Shown here piece by piece: positions 45,244 through 55,195 of a stretch of 64,000 nucleotides of DNA. The first letter of the stretch is position 1. Every line of letters begins with the position of its first letter. The translations under genes and the position numbers were made by a program. The stretch comes from Bdellovibrionales bacterium (GTDB lineage Bacteria; Bdellovibrionota; Bdellovibrionia; Bdellovibrionales; UBA1609). The stretch covers positions 17,690 through 81,689 of the forward strand of contig JAHDFM010000017.1 of assembly GCA_020628165.1 (NCBI GenBank), in the 5' to 3' direction. The notes under the pieces are model-generated. The model worked only from the letters and a program-made list of their open reading frames with translations, did no database searches and was not told where the DNA came from.

Positions 45244-47694
45244 ATGGATATGAACCAAGGTCAAATCACTGAAATTGATATTAACAAAGAAATGCGTGAG
45301 GCTTACCTTCAGTACTCGATGAGTGTAATTGTTGGTCGAGCCCTGCCGGATGTGCGCGATGGCTTAAAGCCAGTTCACAGACGTGTGTTGTTTGCTATGG
45401 AAAAACTGAGCAACCAACACAATAAGCCTTACAAAAAATCAGCACGTATTGTTGGTGATGTCATCGGTAAATATCACCCACACGGTGACACAGCTGTGTA
45501 CGATACCATTGTTAGAATGGCTCAAGACTTTTCTCTTCGTTACACTCTTGTGGATGGTCAAGGGAACTTCGGTTCTATTGATGGAGATTCGCCAGCTGCG
45601 ATGAGGTACACCGAAATTCGCATGACCAAGCTCGCTGAAGAGCTGTTGGAAGATATCGATAAAGAAACGGTCAGTTGGGGTTTTAACTACGATGACTCTT
45701 TATTGATTCCACAAGTTCTTCCGGCGAAATTGCCTAACTTATTAGTGAATGGTTCTGCCGGTATCGCTGTTGGTATGGCAACCAATATTCCACCACATAA
45801 TTTAGGTGAAGTGGTTACTGGTTGTATTGAATTAATTAAAAATCCAGAGATGACCATTGACGAACTGATCAATTTTATTCCTGGTCCAGATTTTCCAACA
45901 GCGGCAACGATCACTGGGCGACAGGGGATTTTATCGGCATATAAAAAAGGCCGCGGGATCATCAAATTAAAAGCTGTCACAGAGATTGAAGAGTCAAAGG
46001 GTCGCGAAAGAATCATTGTTTCTGAAATTCCGTATCAAGTGAACAAAGCAAAGCTCATTGAAAGTATTGCTTCTCTTGTAAGAGATAAAAAAATAGAAGG
46101 CATTGCTGACGTCAGAGATGAATCCTCTCGTGACGGAATGAGAATTGTTATTCTGTTAAAGAAGAATGAAAACGCTCAAGTCATTTTGAACAGGCTTTAT
46201 AAGTTCACTCAAATGCAAACAAGCTTTGGTATTATAATGCTGGCTCTTAACAATCAAAATAAGCCAGTTGTCTTTAATTTAAAAAACATGCTGCAAGCAT
46301 TTATTGATCACAGAAAAGAAGTGGTCACGCACAGATGTATTTTTGAATTAAAAAAGGCTGAAGCTAGAGCTCACATTTTAGAAGGTTTAAAGTTAGCTCT
46401 CGATAACATTGATAAAGTCATTTCGATCATTAGAGCGAGTAAAGAAACAGCCACTGCGATGGCCAACTTGATCGCCGAGTTTGAATTTAGCGAAAAGCAA
46501 GCCAAAGCCATTTTAGAAATGCGTTTACAAAGATTAACAGGCCTTGAGCGACAAAAAATTCTTGATGAGTTAGAGGCCATCAGAAAAGAAATCGAACGAT
46601 TAAAAATGATCTTAGCTGATGTTAACGAAATCTATAAAATCATTATTGATGAGTTAACGGAAATCAAAGACAAGTACGCCGACGAAAGAAAAACGCAACT
46701 AATTCAAGACGAGGGCGAAGTTGAAATTGAAGACCTCATTTCAAAAGAAGAAGTGATTGTTTCGATGACGTACTCAGGAAATATAAAAAGAATTCCAGTC
46801 GAGCAATACAAACTGCAAAAACGTGGTGGTAAAGGAGTGAAAGGCTCCGGCTCCAAAGAAGAAGACTTTGTTTGGAAGATCTTCTCTGCCAACACTCACA
46901 CAACCTTATTGATTTTCTCTGACCGCGGTAAGATGTACTGGCAAAAGGTGCACAAGTTGCCAATGGGTTCACGAACCTCTAAAGGAAAATCGATAAAAAA
47001 TGTCGTGCAGTTAAGTCAGGGTGAAAGCACAAGAGCACTTGTAACAGTGGATAACTACAACAAAGACAATTATATCGTTATGCTAACAGAAAAAGGAATC
47101 ATCAAAAAAACATCTTTAGGTCTTTTCTCAAAGCCAAGACCGTCTGGTGTGATTGCTCTTAAAATTGATCTTGATGATAATTTAGTTGATTCAAAGCTCA
47201 GTACATCCAGTGATGATATACTTATTGTCACAAAAAGTGGAATGTCCATTCGTTTTGATGAGAATGACGTGCGTGGCATGGGCCGCTCAGCTCGTGGCGT
47301 GAAAGGGATAACTCTCGGTAAGGATGACCGTGTGATTGGTATGACTGTAGTTCCTAAGAGCTGTAGTGACACCTTATTGATTGTCACTAAAGGTGGATAT
47401 GGTAAGCGCACAACATTAGATGAGTATCGCGTACAGAGCCGTGGTGGTGTAGGTATCATCACACAAAAAATCACCGACAAGGTGGGCGATGTTGTGAGTG
47501 CAAGACGCGTATCTGAAGGTGATGAGGTCATCATTACTACTAATGAAGGCCAGGCCATTCGCATGGCTTGCAAAGGCATCTCCACTTTTGGTCGCAACAC
47601 CCAAGGTGTGCGTTTGATCAACTTGAAAGAGGGTGAGTATGTCACAGGTATCGCGGTGATTTCTGAGTCGGAAGCTGAAAGCACTGAAGATTAA
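45244..47694 (+). CDS. gyrA: DNA gyrase subunit A
   Basis: 816 aa. [11 protein letters not shown]; active-site region AAMRYTE; C-terminal beta-pinwheel repeats. Confidence 0.97.
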   Translation: MDMNQGQITEIDINKEMREAYLQYSMSVIVGRALPDVRDGLKPVHRRVLFAMEKLSNQHNKPYKKSARIVGDVIGKYHPHGDTAVYDTIVRMAQDFSLRYTLVDGQGNFGSIDGDSPAAMRYTEIRMTKLAEELLEDIDKETVSWGFNYDDSLLIPQVLPAKLPNLLVNGSAGIAVGMATNIPPHNLGEVVTGCIELIKNPEMTIDELINFIPGPDFPTAATITGRQGILSAYKKGRGIIKLKAVTEIEESKGRERIIVSEIPYQVNKAKLIESIASLVRDKKIEGIADVRDESSRDGMRIVILLKKNENAQVILNRLYKFTQMQTSFGIIMLALNNQNKPVVFNLKNMLQAFIDHRKEVVTHRCIFELKKAEARAHILEGLKLALDNIDKVISIIRASKETATAMANLIAEFEFSEKQAKAILEMRLQRLTGLERQKILDELEAIRKEIERLKMILADVNEIYKIIIDELTEIKDKYADERKTQLIQDEGEVEIEDLISKEEVIVSMTYSGNIKRIPVEQYKLQKRGGKGVKGSGSKEEDFVWKIFSANTHTTLLIFSDRGKMYWQKVHKLPMGSRTSKGKSIKNVVQLSQGESTRALVTVDNYNKDNYIVMLTEKGIIKKTSLGLFSKPRPSGVIALKIDLDDNLVDSKLSTSSDDILIVTKSGMSIRFDENDVRGMGRSARGVKGITLGKDDRVIGMTVVPKSCSDTLLIVTKGGYGKRTTLDEYRVQSRGGVGIITQKITDKVGDVVSARRVSEGDEVIITTNEGQAIRMACKGISTFGRNTQGVRLINLKEGEYVTGIAVISESEAESTED

Positions 47695-48170
47695 TGCCAA
47701 AAAATTACATCACGCCCAGAGGCTTTAAAAAACTTCAAGACGAGTTTAAGGAGCTCTATTACGGAGAAAGACCTAAACTGGTAGAGACCGTTGCTTGGGC
47801 AGCAGGTAATGGCGATCGCAGTGAAAATGGTGATTACATTTACGGTAAAAAACGACTGAGGCAAATCGACAGTCGCTTGAAGTTCTTAAGAGATAAAATC
47901 GAGTCAGCTATAGTTGTTAAACCAGAAGATATCAATATAGAAAAAATAGTGTTCAGTTGTTTAGTCACTGTTGAAGATGATGACGGGAAGGAAAGTATTT
48001 TTCAAATTGTTGGTGAAGACGAATTTGATATCACGGAAAATAAAATATCTTGGAAGTCACCACTCGCACGAGCCATGTTGGGAAAGTCAGTCGATGATGA
48101 AGTTGTTGTAAAAACTCCAAAAGGTCTTGTGAATTATATTATTTTAGATATTCAAAAACCCAATGAGTAA
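47694..48170 (+). CDS. greB: Transcription elongation factor GreB-like
   Basis: 158 aa. WAAGNGDRSENGDYIYGKKRLRQIDSRLKFL matches the GreB rather than the GreA coiled-coil tip, by eye. TAATG overlap with gyrA. Confidence 0.82.
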   Translation: MPKNYITPRGFKKLQDEFKELYYGERPKLVETVAWAAGNGDRSENGDYIYGKKRLRQIDSRLKFLRDKIESAIVVKPEDINIEKIVFSCLVTVEDDDGKESIFQIVGEDEFDITENKISWKSPLARAMLGKSVDDEVVVKTPKGLVNYIILDIQKPNE

Positions 48171-48966
48171 ATTTTTTTTATCGGTCATTTTTTTAGTAGT
48201 AACTTCTTGTTCTTTAGACCCAGTTAAGAATGAGTTTAGAATATACCATCAACATAAAAAAAGTAAAAAATATAAACTCGCTTTAAAGAGTCTTAATAAG
48301 ATTTTATTAAAAAAAACTACAGAAAAACATAAAGAAAAAGCTCTCATTGAAAAAGCCTATTTGTTGTTTCATCACACCCAAGGGTTTAAAGAGCTGATTG
48401 ATGTCTATCAAGATCTTTACAACCTTACTCAAGTTCCAGTTAAAAAAATAGATTACAAGCTACTAAAAGTAGATGTGTACGTGAATAAACTTGGTGAACT
48501 GGAAAGGCCTATAAAAGAACTCAATGATTTGAAGTTGAAGTATAAAAATGTAAAACAAATAGAAGTTCAGCAAAAGTTAATTGAACTTTACATTAAAAAA
48601 AAATCTTACTACCAAGCGAGCGTTGAATTAAAACAAGTTTTAAAGCTCAGTGATCTTCCGCTAGATAAGACATTTGCATTGAAAGCCTTGCAAGCTGAAG
48701 TTTTAGCTCTTGATGGAAAAGAGAATAAAGCGATTGTGGCTTATGAGACTTTGATTGAAGAACATCCAACGAAAGCAAAGTTTAATGAGGTGCACATCAG
48801 TTTGCTGAATCTTTATGAGTCAGAAAACAAAATCAAAAAAGCATTGAAGCTGATTGGAGCTATGAAGGGGCATTATCCAGACAAAAAAGACTATTTAATT
48901 AGCAAAGAGAAGCGCTATAAAGAGTTAATGCGCAATATGCCAGGGGCTAAAGGGTTGATTCGATGA
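48163..48966 (+). CDS. Hypothetical helical-repeat (TPR-like) lipoprotein
   Basis: 267 aa. Lipobox LVVTSC; helical repeat composition. Confidence 0.5.
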   Translation: MSKFFLSVIFLVVTSCSLDPVKNEFRIYHQHKKSKKYKLALKSLNKILLKKTTEKHKEKALIEKAYLLFHHTQGFKELIDVYQDLYNLTQVPVKKIDYKLLKVDVYVNKLGELERPIKELNDLKLKYKNVKQIEVQQKLIELYIKKKSYYQASVELKQVLKLSDLPLDKTFALKALQAEVLALDGKENKAIVAYETLIEEHPTKAKFNEVHISLLNLYESENKIKKALKLIGAMKGHYPDKKDYLISKEKRYKELMRNMPGAKGLIR

Positions 48967-49175
48967 AAAGAAAGCGTGGAATAATTTTTACAGGCATTGG
49001 CTTTGAGCTTGTTGCTCTTATTTTAGCTGCTATATTTGTAGGCCAAATGCTCGAAGAAAAATACCCGCAAGGTGGGCTGTGGAACGCAGGCCTTATTATT
49101 GTGGCTTTGATCGTTTGGCTAGTCCATGTGATTGTACTCGTGAAGGTGATGGAAAGGAATGATCAAGAAGAATAG
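48963..49175 (+). CDS. AtpZ/AtpI-like small membrane protein (ATP synthase gene 1 family)
   Basis: 70 aa, two TM segments (GIGFELVALILAAIFVGQML...). Positioned ahead of atpI-atpB-atpE. Confidence 0.55.
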   Translation: MKRKRGIIFTGIGFELVALILAAIFVGQMLEEKYPQGGLWNAGLIIVALIVWLVHVIVLVKVMERNDQEE

Positions 49176-49527
49176 CATAGTGTTTTCAAATGTTTATGCC
49201 ATAGTAGGGTCTCTTATGCTACTGGCTGTCTTGTACTATTTATTACAAAGTTTACAAGTGACGACTTATTTTATGGGGGCTTTATTCGGCCTTCTCAATT
49301 TCAATGTCATTCTTTGGGCATGGAGTCGTATATTTATTAAAAAAAGGATTGCCTTAGCTTTAGGTGTCATTGTAATCAAGTACGCAATAGTATTATTAAT
49401 TTTGTACTCTTTTGTTATTAGGTACGAGCTCGATGTTTTAAGCCTAATATTGGGAATGACAACAATGTTAACTGTCACCATGGCTATGGCATTATTGGTC
49501 GCTCAAGATAAAAAAGAGACCGTATAG
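49159..49527 (+). CDS. atpI: ATP synthase protein I
   Basis: 122 aa, four predicted TM segments, directly upstream of atpB. Confidence 0.6.
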   Translation: MIKKNSIVFSNVYAIVGSLMLLAVLYYLLQSLQVTTYFMGALFGLLNFNVILWAWSRIFIKKRIALALGVIVIKYAIVLLILYSFVIRYELDVLSLILGMTTMLTVTMAMALLVAQDKKETV

Positions 49528-49536
49528 GAAATAACT

Positions 49537-50226
49537 ATGGTTCATTTTAACTGGACTCAATTGATCCCTGGAGTTGGTCACCATTATGTTCACGTGGCAA
49601 CTGCTGTTGTTCTCGTCGGACTATTTCTTGTTGTTGCCTGTGTTGCAAGAGTGTCTCTAGGAAAAGGCGAAGCTGCCATTCGACCTGCTGGGAGTTTATC
49701 ACTTAAGGGCATTTTCGAATTATTTACCGAGTTTATTGCCAGCCTCAGTAACATGGTTGTCGGAGAGAAAGGCCGTAACTTTGTTCCACTGTTTGCAGCG
49801 ACATTCACTTTTATCTTATTAAATAACTTAGTTGGTTTGTTACCAGGAATGACTCCTCCAACAGATAACATAAACTCAACTGTCGGTTTTGGTATATTTT
49901 CTTTCATTGCCTATAACGTTTACGGTTTGAAGGAGCACGGCTTAGCTTATTTCAAACAATTTCTGGGTCCTTTGATATATTTAGCTCCACTTATGGTTGT
50001 TATTGAATTGATCAGTCATATTGTTCGACCTATATCACTTGGACTCAGACTCCAAGGTAATATGATGGGTGACCACACAGTTCTAGGTATCTTCCTAGAT
50101 CTCGTGCCATATGGTGTCCCTGTTATATTTTATTTTTTAGGAATGTTTGTCTGCTTTATGCAGGCGTTTGTTTTTACAATGTTAACCATGATATATGTCG
50201 CGATGGCAATATCTCATGATCACTAA
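49537..50226 (+). CDS. atpB: Fo ATP synthase a subunit
   Basis: 229 aa. Conserved stator Arg region ISLGLRLQGNMMGDH. Confidence 0.92.
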   Translation: MVHFNWTQLIPGVGHHYVHVATAVVLVGLFLVVACVARVSLGKGEAAIRPAGSLSLKGIFELFTEFIASLSNMVVGEKGRNFVPLFAATFTFILLNNLVGLLPGMTPPTDNINSTVGFGIFSFIAYNVYGLKEHGLAYFKQFLGPLIYLAPLMVVIELISHIVRPISLGLRLQGNMMGDHTVLGIFLDLVPYGVPVIFYFLGMFVCFMQAFVFTMLTMIYVAMAISHDH

Positions 50227-50239
50227 GAGGAGAAATGAA

Positions 50240-50539
50240 ATGTTAAATAAAGCATTATTGATAATGATCGCATTATTAAGTTTGCCAGCTTTTGCCCAAG
50301 ATGGTGGTGCTAGTAGTTCAGGTTATATTGCTATGGGCGCTGCACTCGTATTAGCTGTCGCTGCTTTAGGTGGAGCACTTGGACAAGGTAAAATTGGTAG
50401 TTCAGCTGTTGATGGCATCGCTAGAAACCCAAAAGCTGCTAAAGAGATGTTTGTACCAATGATCTTAGGTCTAGTTTTGATCGAATCATTAGTGATCTAC
50501 GCCTTCGTTATTGCCTTCATGCTTGTTGGTAAAGTTTAA
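50240..50539 (+). CDS. atpE: Fo ATP synthase c subunit (with N-terminal signal-like extension)
   Basis: Start trimmed to ATG 50240, with GAGGAG 7 nt upstream. Hairpin motifs LGQGKIG...ARNPKA...LIESLVIYAF. N-terminal extension MLNKALLIMIALLSLPAFAQDGG. Confidence 0.9.
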   Translation: MLNKALLIMIALLSLPAFAQDGGASSSGYIAMGAALVLAVAALGGALGQGKIGSSAVDGIARNPKAAKEMFVPMILGLVLIESLVIYAFVIAFMLVGKV

Positions 50540-50550
50540 TTATGATTCAA

Positions 50551-50582
50551 TATAAAGTGTAAGCTATTAATTACACTTTATA
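50551..50582 (+). terminator. Hairpin after atpE
   Basis: Perfect 12-bp stem TATAAAGTGTAA / TTACACTTTATA with an 8-nt loop, followed by TTT. Ends 3 nt before ATG 50586. Confidence 0.4.
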
Positions 50583-50585
50583 TTT

Positions 50586-51908
50586 ATGAAAGTTAAAAAA
50601 AAGATAGTGGCTCTTTTGGTAAAACAAGCTCAATCAGAGTTTGTTGCATCCACAAAGAGCTCTCTTGAAAACTCTGGATTCTCTGTAAAAATATTTGATA
50701 ACAAAGATAGCTTATTTCTTTTTGTTGTTTCAAAAAATCCTCAAGCTGTGTTCGTCAGCAATAAATTCTCAAATTATATAGATTTAGTAAAAAACTTAAA
50801 ACATAGATATAAGATCAATGCTGTCGAACTTAATGAGACTCTTTTTGAACAAGAAGTTGTAGAAAAAAAGAATCCATTATTAACAAACAATAAGAAAACT
50901 TTAGAAAATAAAAAGAGTAGGTCTGGTTTAGATCGTTTATTAACTAATAAAAACAAGACTTCTCATTTATCAGGTGATAACAGTTTAGATGATAAGAGTT
51001 TGAAAATCTTCGAAAGTAATGGGTTAGAAACAAGCTCACAAAGTAATCAGGGCATTATTAAAATTGGTGGAACTAACTCTGATCTTAAAAAAAACGCTCA
51101 AACTAAGAAAAAACCTAAAAAGAAAAGCAATATTTTAATGAGTAAGAGTCACGGCCTAGTTGATGTCTCTGATAAAGAAAATGAAGACGGCAAACTCACT
51201 CATCTTCAGCCTGAAAGCAAAGACCCAACAAACACTTTAATGAGTCCTCAAGATAAAATTGGTGATCAGAAATTACATACGGCTATAAAAAAAGGCATCG
51301 ATAGTTCAACGTTAACAAATTTAGATAATGAAGACGTTGGAGTAATAAAAACAGGTCCTATTGACCACTTGTTAGAGAACTCAAGTAATTCTCAACCAAT
51401 CAATTCGGAGTCTATACAAAAAAGCTCACTTCTCATGTGCAGTGCTGTTTACAAAGAGACAAAAGGATATTTGTTTTTTGAAACAGACAATATGAATTTT
51501 GTAGAGGAGTACGTTAAATCATCACAAGATAAAGTTATTTTAGGTGATGTAATACTCACTCAAAAAAAAATGTTGGGTGATCTCGAACTAGTATCTTTAG
51601 GATTGACTGAGGATGTGCCCGTCTACTTTTTAGATTCATACATTATTGATATCAAATTCAAAGAATTTGTCGACAAAGTTGAATTGAGTACAGAACATTT
51701 CGATGACAATGAAGAAATCCCTTTTGCGATTTTCTTGCATCTTAAAAACAGTGGCAAAGATATTAAAATACTCAACGCTAATTCCAAAATGACCAAAAAA
51801 GTTCTCAGCATGTATGTCGAAAACAAAAAGAACATACGAGTGAGTAAAGTTGATAAAGACAAAGCTTTAACATTCATTTTATTCAAAAAATTAAATAAAG
51901 CGTCCTAG
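50586..51908 (+). CDS. Hypothetical protein
   Basis: 440-aa ORF co-directional with the atp genes. Lys/Ser/Asn-rich central low-complexity region. No motif I can recognise. Confidence 0.45.
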   Translation: MKVKKKIVALLVKQAQSEFVASTKSSLENSGFSVKIFDNKDSLFLFVVSKNPQAVFVSNKFSNYIDLVKNLKHRYKINAVELNETLFEQEVVEKKNPLLTNNKKTLENKKSRSGLDRLLTNKNKTSHLSGDNSLDDKSLKIFESNGLETSSQSNQGIIKIGGTNSDLKKNAQTKKKPKKKSNILMSKSHGLVDVSDKENEDGKLTHLQPESKDPTNTLMSPQDKIGDQKLHTAIKKGIDSSTLTNLDNEDVGVIKTGPIDHLLENSSNSQPINSESIQKSSLLMCSAVYKETKGYLFFETDNMNFVEEYVKSSQDKVILGDVILTQKKMLGDLELVSLGLTEDVPVYFLDSYIIDIKFKEFVDKVELSTEHFDDNEEIPFAIFLHLKNSGKDIKILNANSKMTKKVLSMYVENKKNIRVSKVDKDKALTFILFKKLNKAS

Positions 51909-51944
51909 CGAATTTTTTTGCCTTAAAAATTATAGAATTTGATC

Positions 51945-52628
51945 TTAATCAGTTTGATTTCTAATTTTTGAAGAGCCTGAAACCTTCTTATTCTTTATAT
52001 TACTGTTTTTAACTTTTGATGCACCAGACACAATTGATGTTTCCACAGTAGAGTCTTCAATTTTACTTGCACCAGATATTACAGAGGTTATGATTTCTGA
52101 GTCTTCAACATCAGTTGCTCCAGAAATAGAAGATGAATTTACGGACGAATTATCGATTTCACTAGCACCAGAAATAGAAGAATTACGGATAGTTGAACTT
52201 TCGATTTCACTCGAGCCTGAAACATTTGAATTTTCAATGGTAGTATCTCCATAAATTTCTGCATCACCAGAGACCTTTGATCCTTCTATTATTTTAGCTT
52301 CAGGTGAGATAGTAACATTTCCACAAATAATTGAACTTTTATCAATAAAAGCATCAGGTGAAACTGTTTCCGAAGAACATAATGAAATCATACCTCCACC
52401 ATTGCCATGAGTGGACATAACTTCATACCCACATACAGTTTCATTTTCTGATTCACATTCAGATTTTTGTGACCCTTCAGTAATATTTTTCCCGTTGCAA
52501 GTTGCAATGCCATTTATTACGCTGAGTGAGCCATCACACGTATACGACTGCCCATTTACAGTAACACTTGCAGCAAAGATGGTAGGGGTAAAGATAATAA
52601 TTCCAAATAATAAAGCTAACGATTGCAC
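51945..52628 (-). CDS. Secreted Cys-rich protein with tandem 16-residue Ser-rich repeats
   Basis: 227 aa. Signal peptide MQSLALLFGIIIFTPTIFAAS; 8 Cys in the N-terminal half; six to seven units of the type xSxISGASxIxDSxVx in the C-terminal half (48-bp DNA repeats, about 51948-52232). Confidence 0.55.
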   Translation of the reverse strand: MQSLALLFGIIIFTPTIFAASVTVNGQSYTCDGSLSVINGIATCNGKNITEGSQKSECESENETVCGYEVMSTHGNGGGMISLCSSETVSPDAFIDKSSIICGNVTISPEAKIIEGSKVSGDAEIYGDTTIENSNVSGSSEIESSTIRNSSISGASEIDNSSVNSSSISGATDVEDSEIITSVISGASKIEDSTVETSIVSGASKVKNSNIKNKKVSGSSKIRNQTD

Positions 52629-52908
52629 AGGGTCTCCTTAGTTAAATTCTAAATATTTAGGCAGTAAATGAACTTTTTTCATAATTGACTAGACTCAATA
52701 CAGTCAATCTAGTGCTATATAAATGTTTTTATGCTTTTTAATTATTATGATTAATTACTGCAATAGCTGAGCCATAAATTTTAACTGTTAGATAATTAAG
52801 ACATGCATATGTTTAAACAGCATATTTAAGTTTATTTCTTTATCAAGATTACCAAGAATAAATTTCAAACCATTTTTTAAATCTTAGTTTGCTTGTTATC
52901 ATTATTTT

Positions 52909-54279
52909 TTAAAGCATCGGATTTACGATATCTTCGACTTGCTTACGGATGTGAGCTAAGTTTTCTTCGCTGTCGGCTTCAAACCTTAGAACTAGAACGG
53001 GTTGCGTGTTAGATGCGCGAGCTAATGCCCAACCATTTTTAAAACTCAAACGAATGCCATCGATGAGATTTACATGGTACTCATCTGTGTTTTCTCTGAA
53101 TTTTTCTTTGATGGCTGCAACGATGGAATGCTTTTTTTCTTCGGTTGTATCGATGCGGAGTTCTGGTGTGTTATATCCTTTTGGAATTTTAGCGATGATA
53201 TCTGACAATGATAAACCAGTCTCATTTAAAATTTCAATCACTCTTAGACCAGCATAAAGAGCATCATCATAGCCATAGTTTCTGTCGGCAAAAAAGATAT
53301 GGCCGCTCATCTCACCACCAAAAGGTGATTTTTCAGACTTGATTTTTTCTTTAATAAGACTGTGGCCTGTCTTCCACATGATGGCTTCAGCACCATTTTC
53401 GTTAAGATAATTGTACATTCTGTCAGAACACTTAACGTCTCCAATGATTTTTTTATTTTCAGTCTTTTGTGCAACATGGGCACCAATAATGGCAATTAAA
53501 TCATCGCCGTAAATCATGTTGCCTTTGTCATCAACAACACCTATGCGATCAGCGTCGCCGTCAAAACCAATTCCTATAGCGGCATTGTTTTCAAGCACGG
53601 CTTTTTTTAAATCTACTAAGTTTTCTTCAACAGTTGGATCTGGGTGATGGTTGGGGAAATCACCATCTGGCTTTTCAAATAGAATAACTGGATTTAAACC
53701 AACGGCTTCATAAAGTCTTTTAGCTACACAACCGGCAGCACCATTGCCACAGTCTAAAACAATAGGAGTGTCTTTTAGATTTTTAAACTCTTCTTTGTAG
53801 CGATTGACGTAGTCATCAAAGATGTTGAGTTCTTGCACAGAACCCTCGTCTTCGTTGGTGTAACTTTGAGCGGTGATTATATTTTTTAAATCAATGATGT
53901 CTTTACCGTGAATGGTAGAGTTACCAATGGACATTTTAAAACCGTTGTATTCAGGTGGGTTGTGGCTCCCAGTCACCATGATAGCGCTGTTGATTTGGTC
54001 GTAAAAGAAAGTGGTGAAGTAATTCATTGGGCTGGTCACTAAACCTATATGATAAACATGACCGCCAAGAGCCTGGATACCTCTTGTGAGTGCATCAGCA
54101 AGCTCAGGGCTTGAGTGACGAGCATCGTAACCAATGGCTACATGAGGAGCTGTCGAAAATTTATTTTTTACTTTAGTAGCAAAGGCCTTACCTAAGTGAA
54201 AGGCAAAGTCGGAGTCGTAATCTTTGTCAACAATTCCACGAATATCATACTCTCTGAAAATCACATTATTTAAAATCAT
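52909..54279 (-). CDS. Phosphomannomutase/phosphoglucomutase (alpha-D-phosphohexomutase)
   Basis: Phosphoserine loop TGSHNPPEYNGFK; metal loop GFDGDADR. Start trimmed to ATG 54279 (MILNNVIFREYDIRG), overlapping the pdxA stop by 14 nt. Confidence 0.9.
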   Translation of the reverse strand: MILNNVIFREYDIRGIVDKDYDSDFAFHLGKAFATKVKNKFSTAPHVAIGYDARHSSPELADALTRGIQALGGHVYHIGLVTSPMNYFTTFFYDQINSAIMVTGSHNPPEYNGFKMSIGNSTIHGKDIIDLKNIITAQSYTNEDEGSVQELNIFDDYVNRYKEEFKNLKDTPIVLDCGNGAAGCVAKRLYEAVGLNPVILFEKPDGDFPNHHPDPTVEENLVDLKKAVLENNAAIGIGFDGDADRIGVVDDKGNMIYGDDLIAIIGAHVAQKTENKKIIGDVKCSDRMYNYLNENGAEAIMWKTGHSLIKEKIKSEKSPFGGEMSGHIFFADRNYGYDDALYAGLRVIEILNETGLSLSDIIAKIPKGYNTPELRIDTTEEKKHSIVAAIKEKFRENTDEYHVNLIDGIRLSFKNGWALARASNTQPVLVLRFEADSEENLAHIRKQVEDIVNPML

Positions 54280-55195
54280 GGTCTGATCCTTTTTTGATAG
54301 CGTATTCAATCGCCATTTGCATTGACCCAAAATCTGCCTTGTCTTTATTAAATATATCAGAGGCAGTTCCATGATCAACACTTGTTCTCAAAAAAGGGAG
54401 GCCTAAAGAAACTTGAATGCCGTCATTCAAACCATGTACGGTTTTAAAGGCCGACAAACCAATGTCATGAAATGGACAAAAGTACAGTCCGTACTTGTCC
54501 CAGTTGTGTTCTAAAAAAGCAGTGTCAGCAGGTAGTGGCTGAGAAAATTCAAAGTTTGATTTTTGTTGTTCAATAAATGGCAGGAGAATTTCATTTTCTT
54601 CGTGGCCTAATAAACCAGACTCACCAGCGTGAGGATTGATACCAACAAGTGCGATGTTTTTATTTTTAAAGTTGAGTTGATCGATGCACTTTAAAGCTTC
54701 GTTATATAGGTTGATATCAATTTTATCTAAGGCCACTTTAAGGGGCATATGATCAGTGAGTAAAAGTACGTTAAATTTTTGCCCGACAAACGACATAAAA
54801 ATTTGATCTTGTAAAAGTTTACGAAAGAGCTCGGTATGACCATTCACTCGATGAGTTGTGAAAGAATTCACTTTTGATATCGGACCAGTGACAAGAGCAT
54901 CGACTTTATATTTTTGATGATTTAATACAATCTCTTCCACCCAATGAGTGCCAGTCGTTGAAGAGGTAATCACATTAAGGGTGTTTTTTTCAGGTGTAGC
55001 AGGATTGTACTCATCACTCACACGCAAAGAAAATTTTTGTTTTAACAAATTAAAATAATGTTGTTGTTGATGAGCTTTAGAAACATAAATTGTGAAATGA
55101 ACATCATCGATGGGGCCAAGTGCGTGTAGAGCTTTTGCAGTGACTTCTAAGCCAACGCTATCGCTATCTCCGGTGGTTATAAAAATGTTTTTCAT
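54266..55195 (-). CDS. pdxA: 4-hydroxythreonine-4-phosphate dehydrogenase
   Basis: 309 aa. GINPHAGE and RTSVDHGTA motifs. Sits downstream of surA, as in the enterobacterial surA-pdxA arrangement. Confidence 0.88.
   Translation of the reverse strand: MKNIFITTGDSDSVGLEVTAKALHALGPIDDVHFTIYVSKAHQQQHYFNLLKQKFSLRVSDEYNPATPEKNTLNVITSSTTGTHWVEEIVLNHQKYKVDALVTGPISKVNSFTTHRVNGHTELFRKLLQDQIFMSFVGQKFNVLLLTDHMPLKVALDKIDINLYNEALKCIDQLNFKNKNIALVGINPHAGESGLLGHEENEILLPFIEQQKSNFEFSQPLPADTAFLEHNWDKYGLYFCPFHDIGLSAFKTVHGLNDGIQVSLGLPFLRTSVDHGTASDIFNKDKADFGSMQMAIEYAIKKGSDHDFK

Noticed and set aside
47070-47684. 204-aa minus-strand ORF inside gyrA. Similar long antisense ORFs occur at 16186-16686 in mfd, 58725-59105 in etfA, 45687-46016 in gyrA and 49590-49907 in atpB.
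   Set aside because: These are shadow ORFs antisense to strongly supported conserved genes. They have low-complexity Ser/Pro/Leu-rich translations and no ribosome-binding sites.
49575-49595. parS-like string TGTTCACGTGGCAAC inside atpB.
   Set aside because: It has a one-base deletion and mismatches relative to the 16-mer, and it lies inside a conserved coding region.
54280-54381. N-terminal extension of the phosphohexomutase ORF, and similar extensions of atpE (50195) and sdhC (60524).
   Set aside because: The extensions overlap upstream genes or lack similarity to the family N-termini. Internal ATGs with Shine-Dalgarno-like sequences give canonical protein starts.
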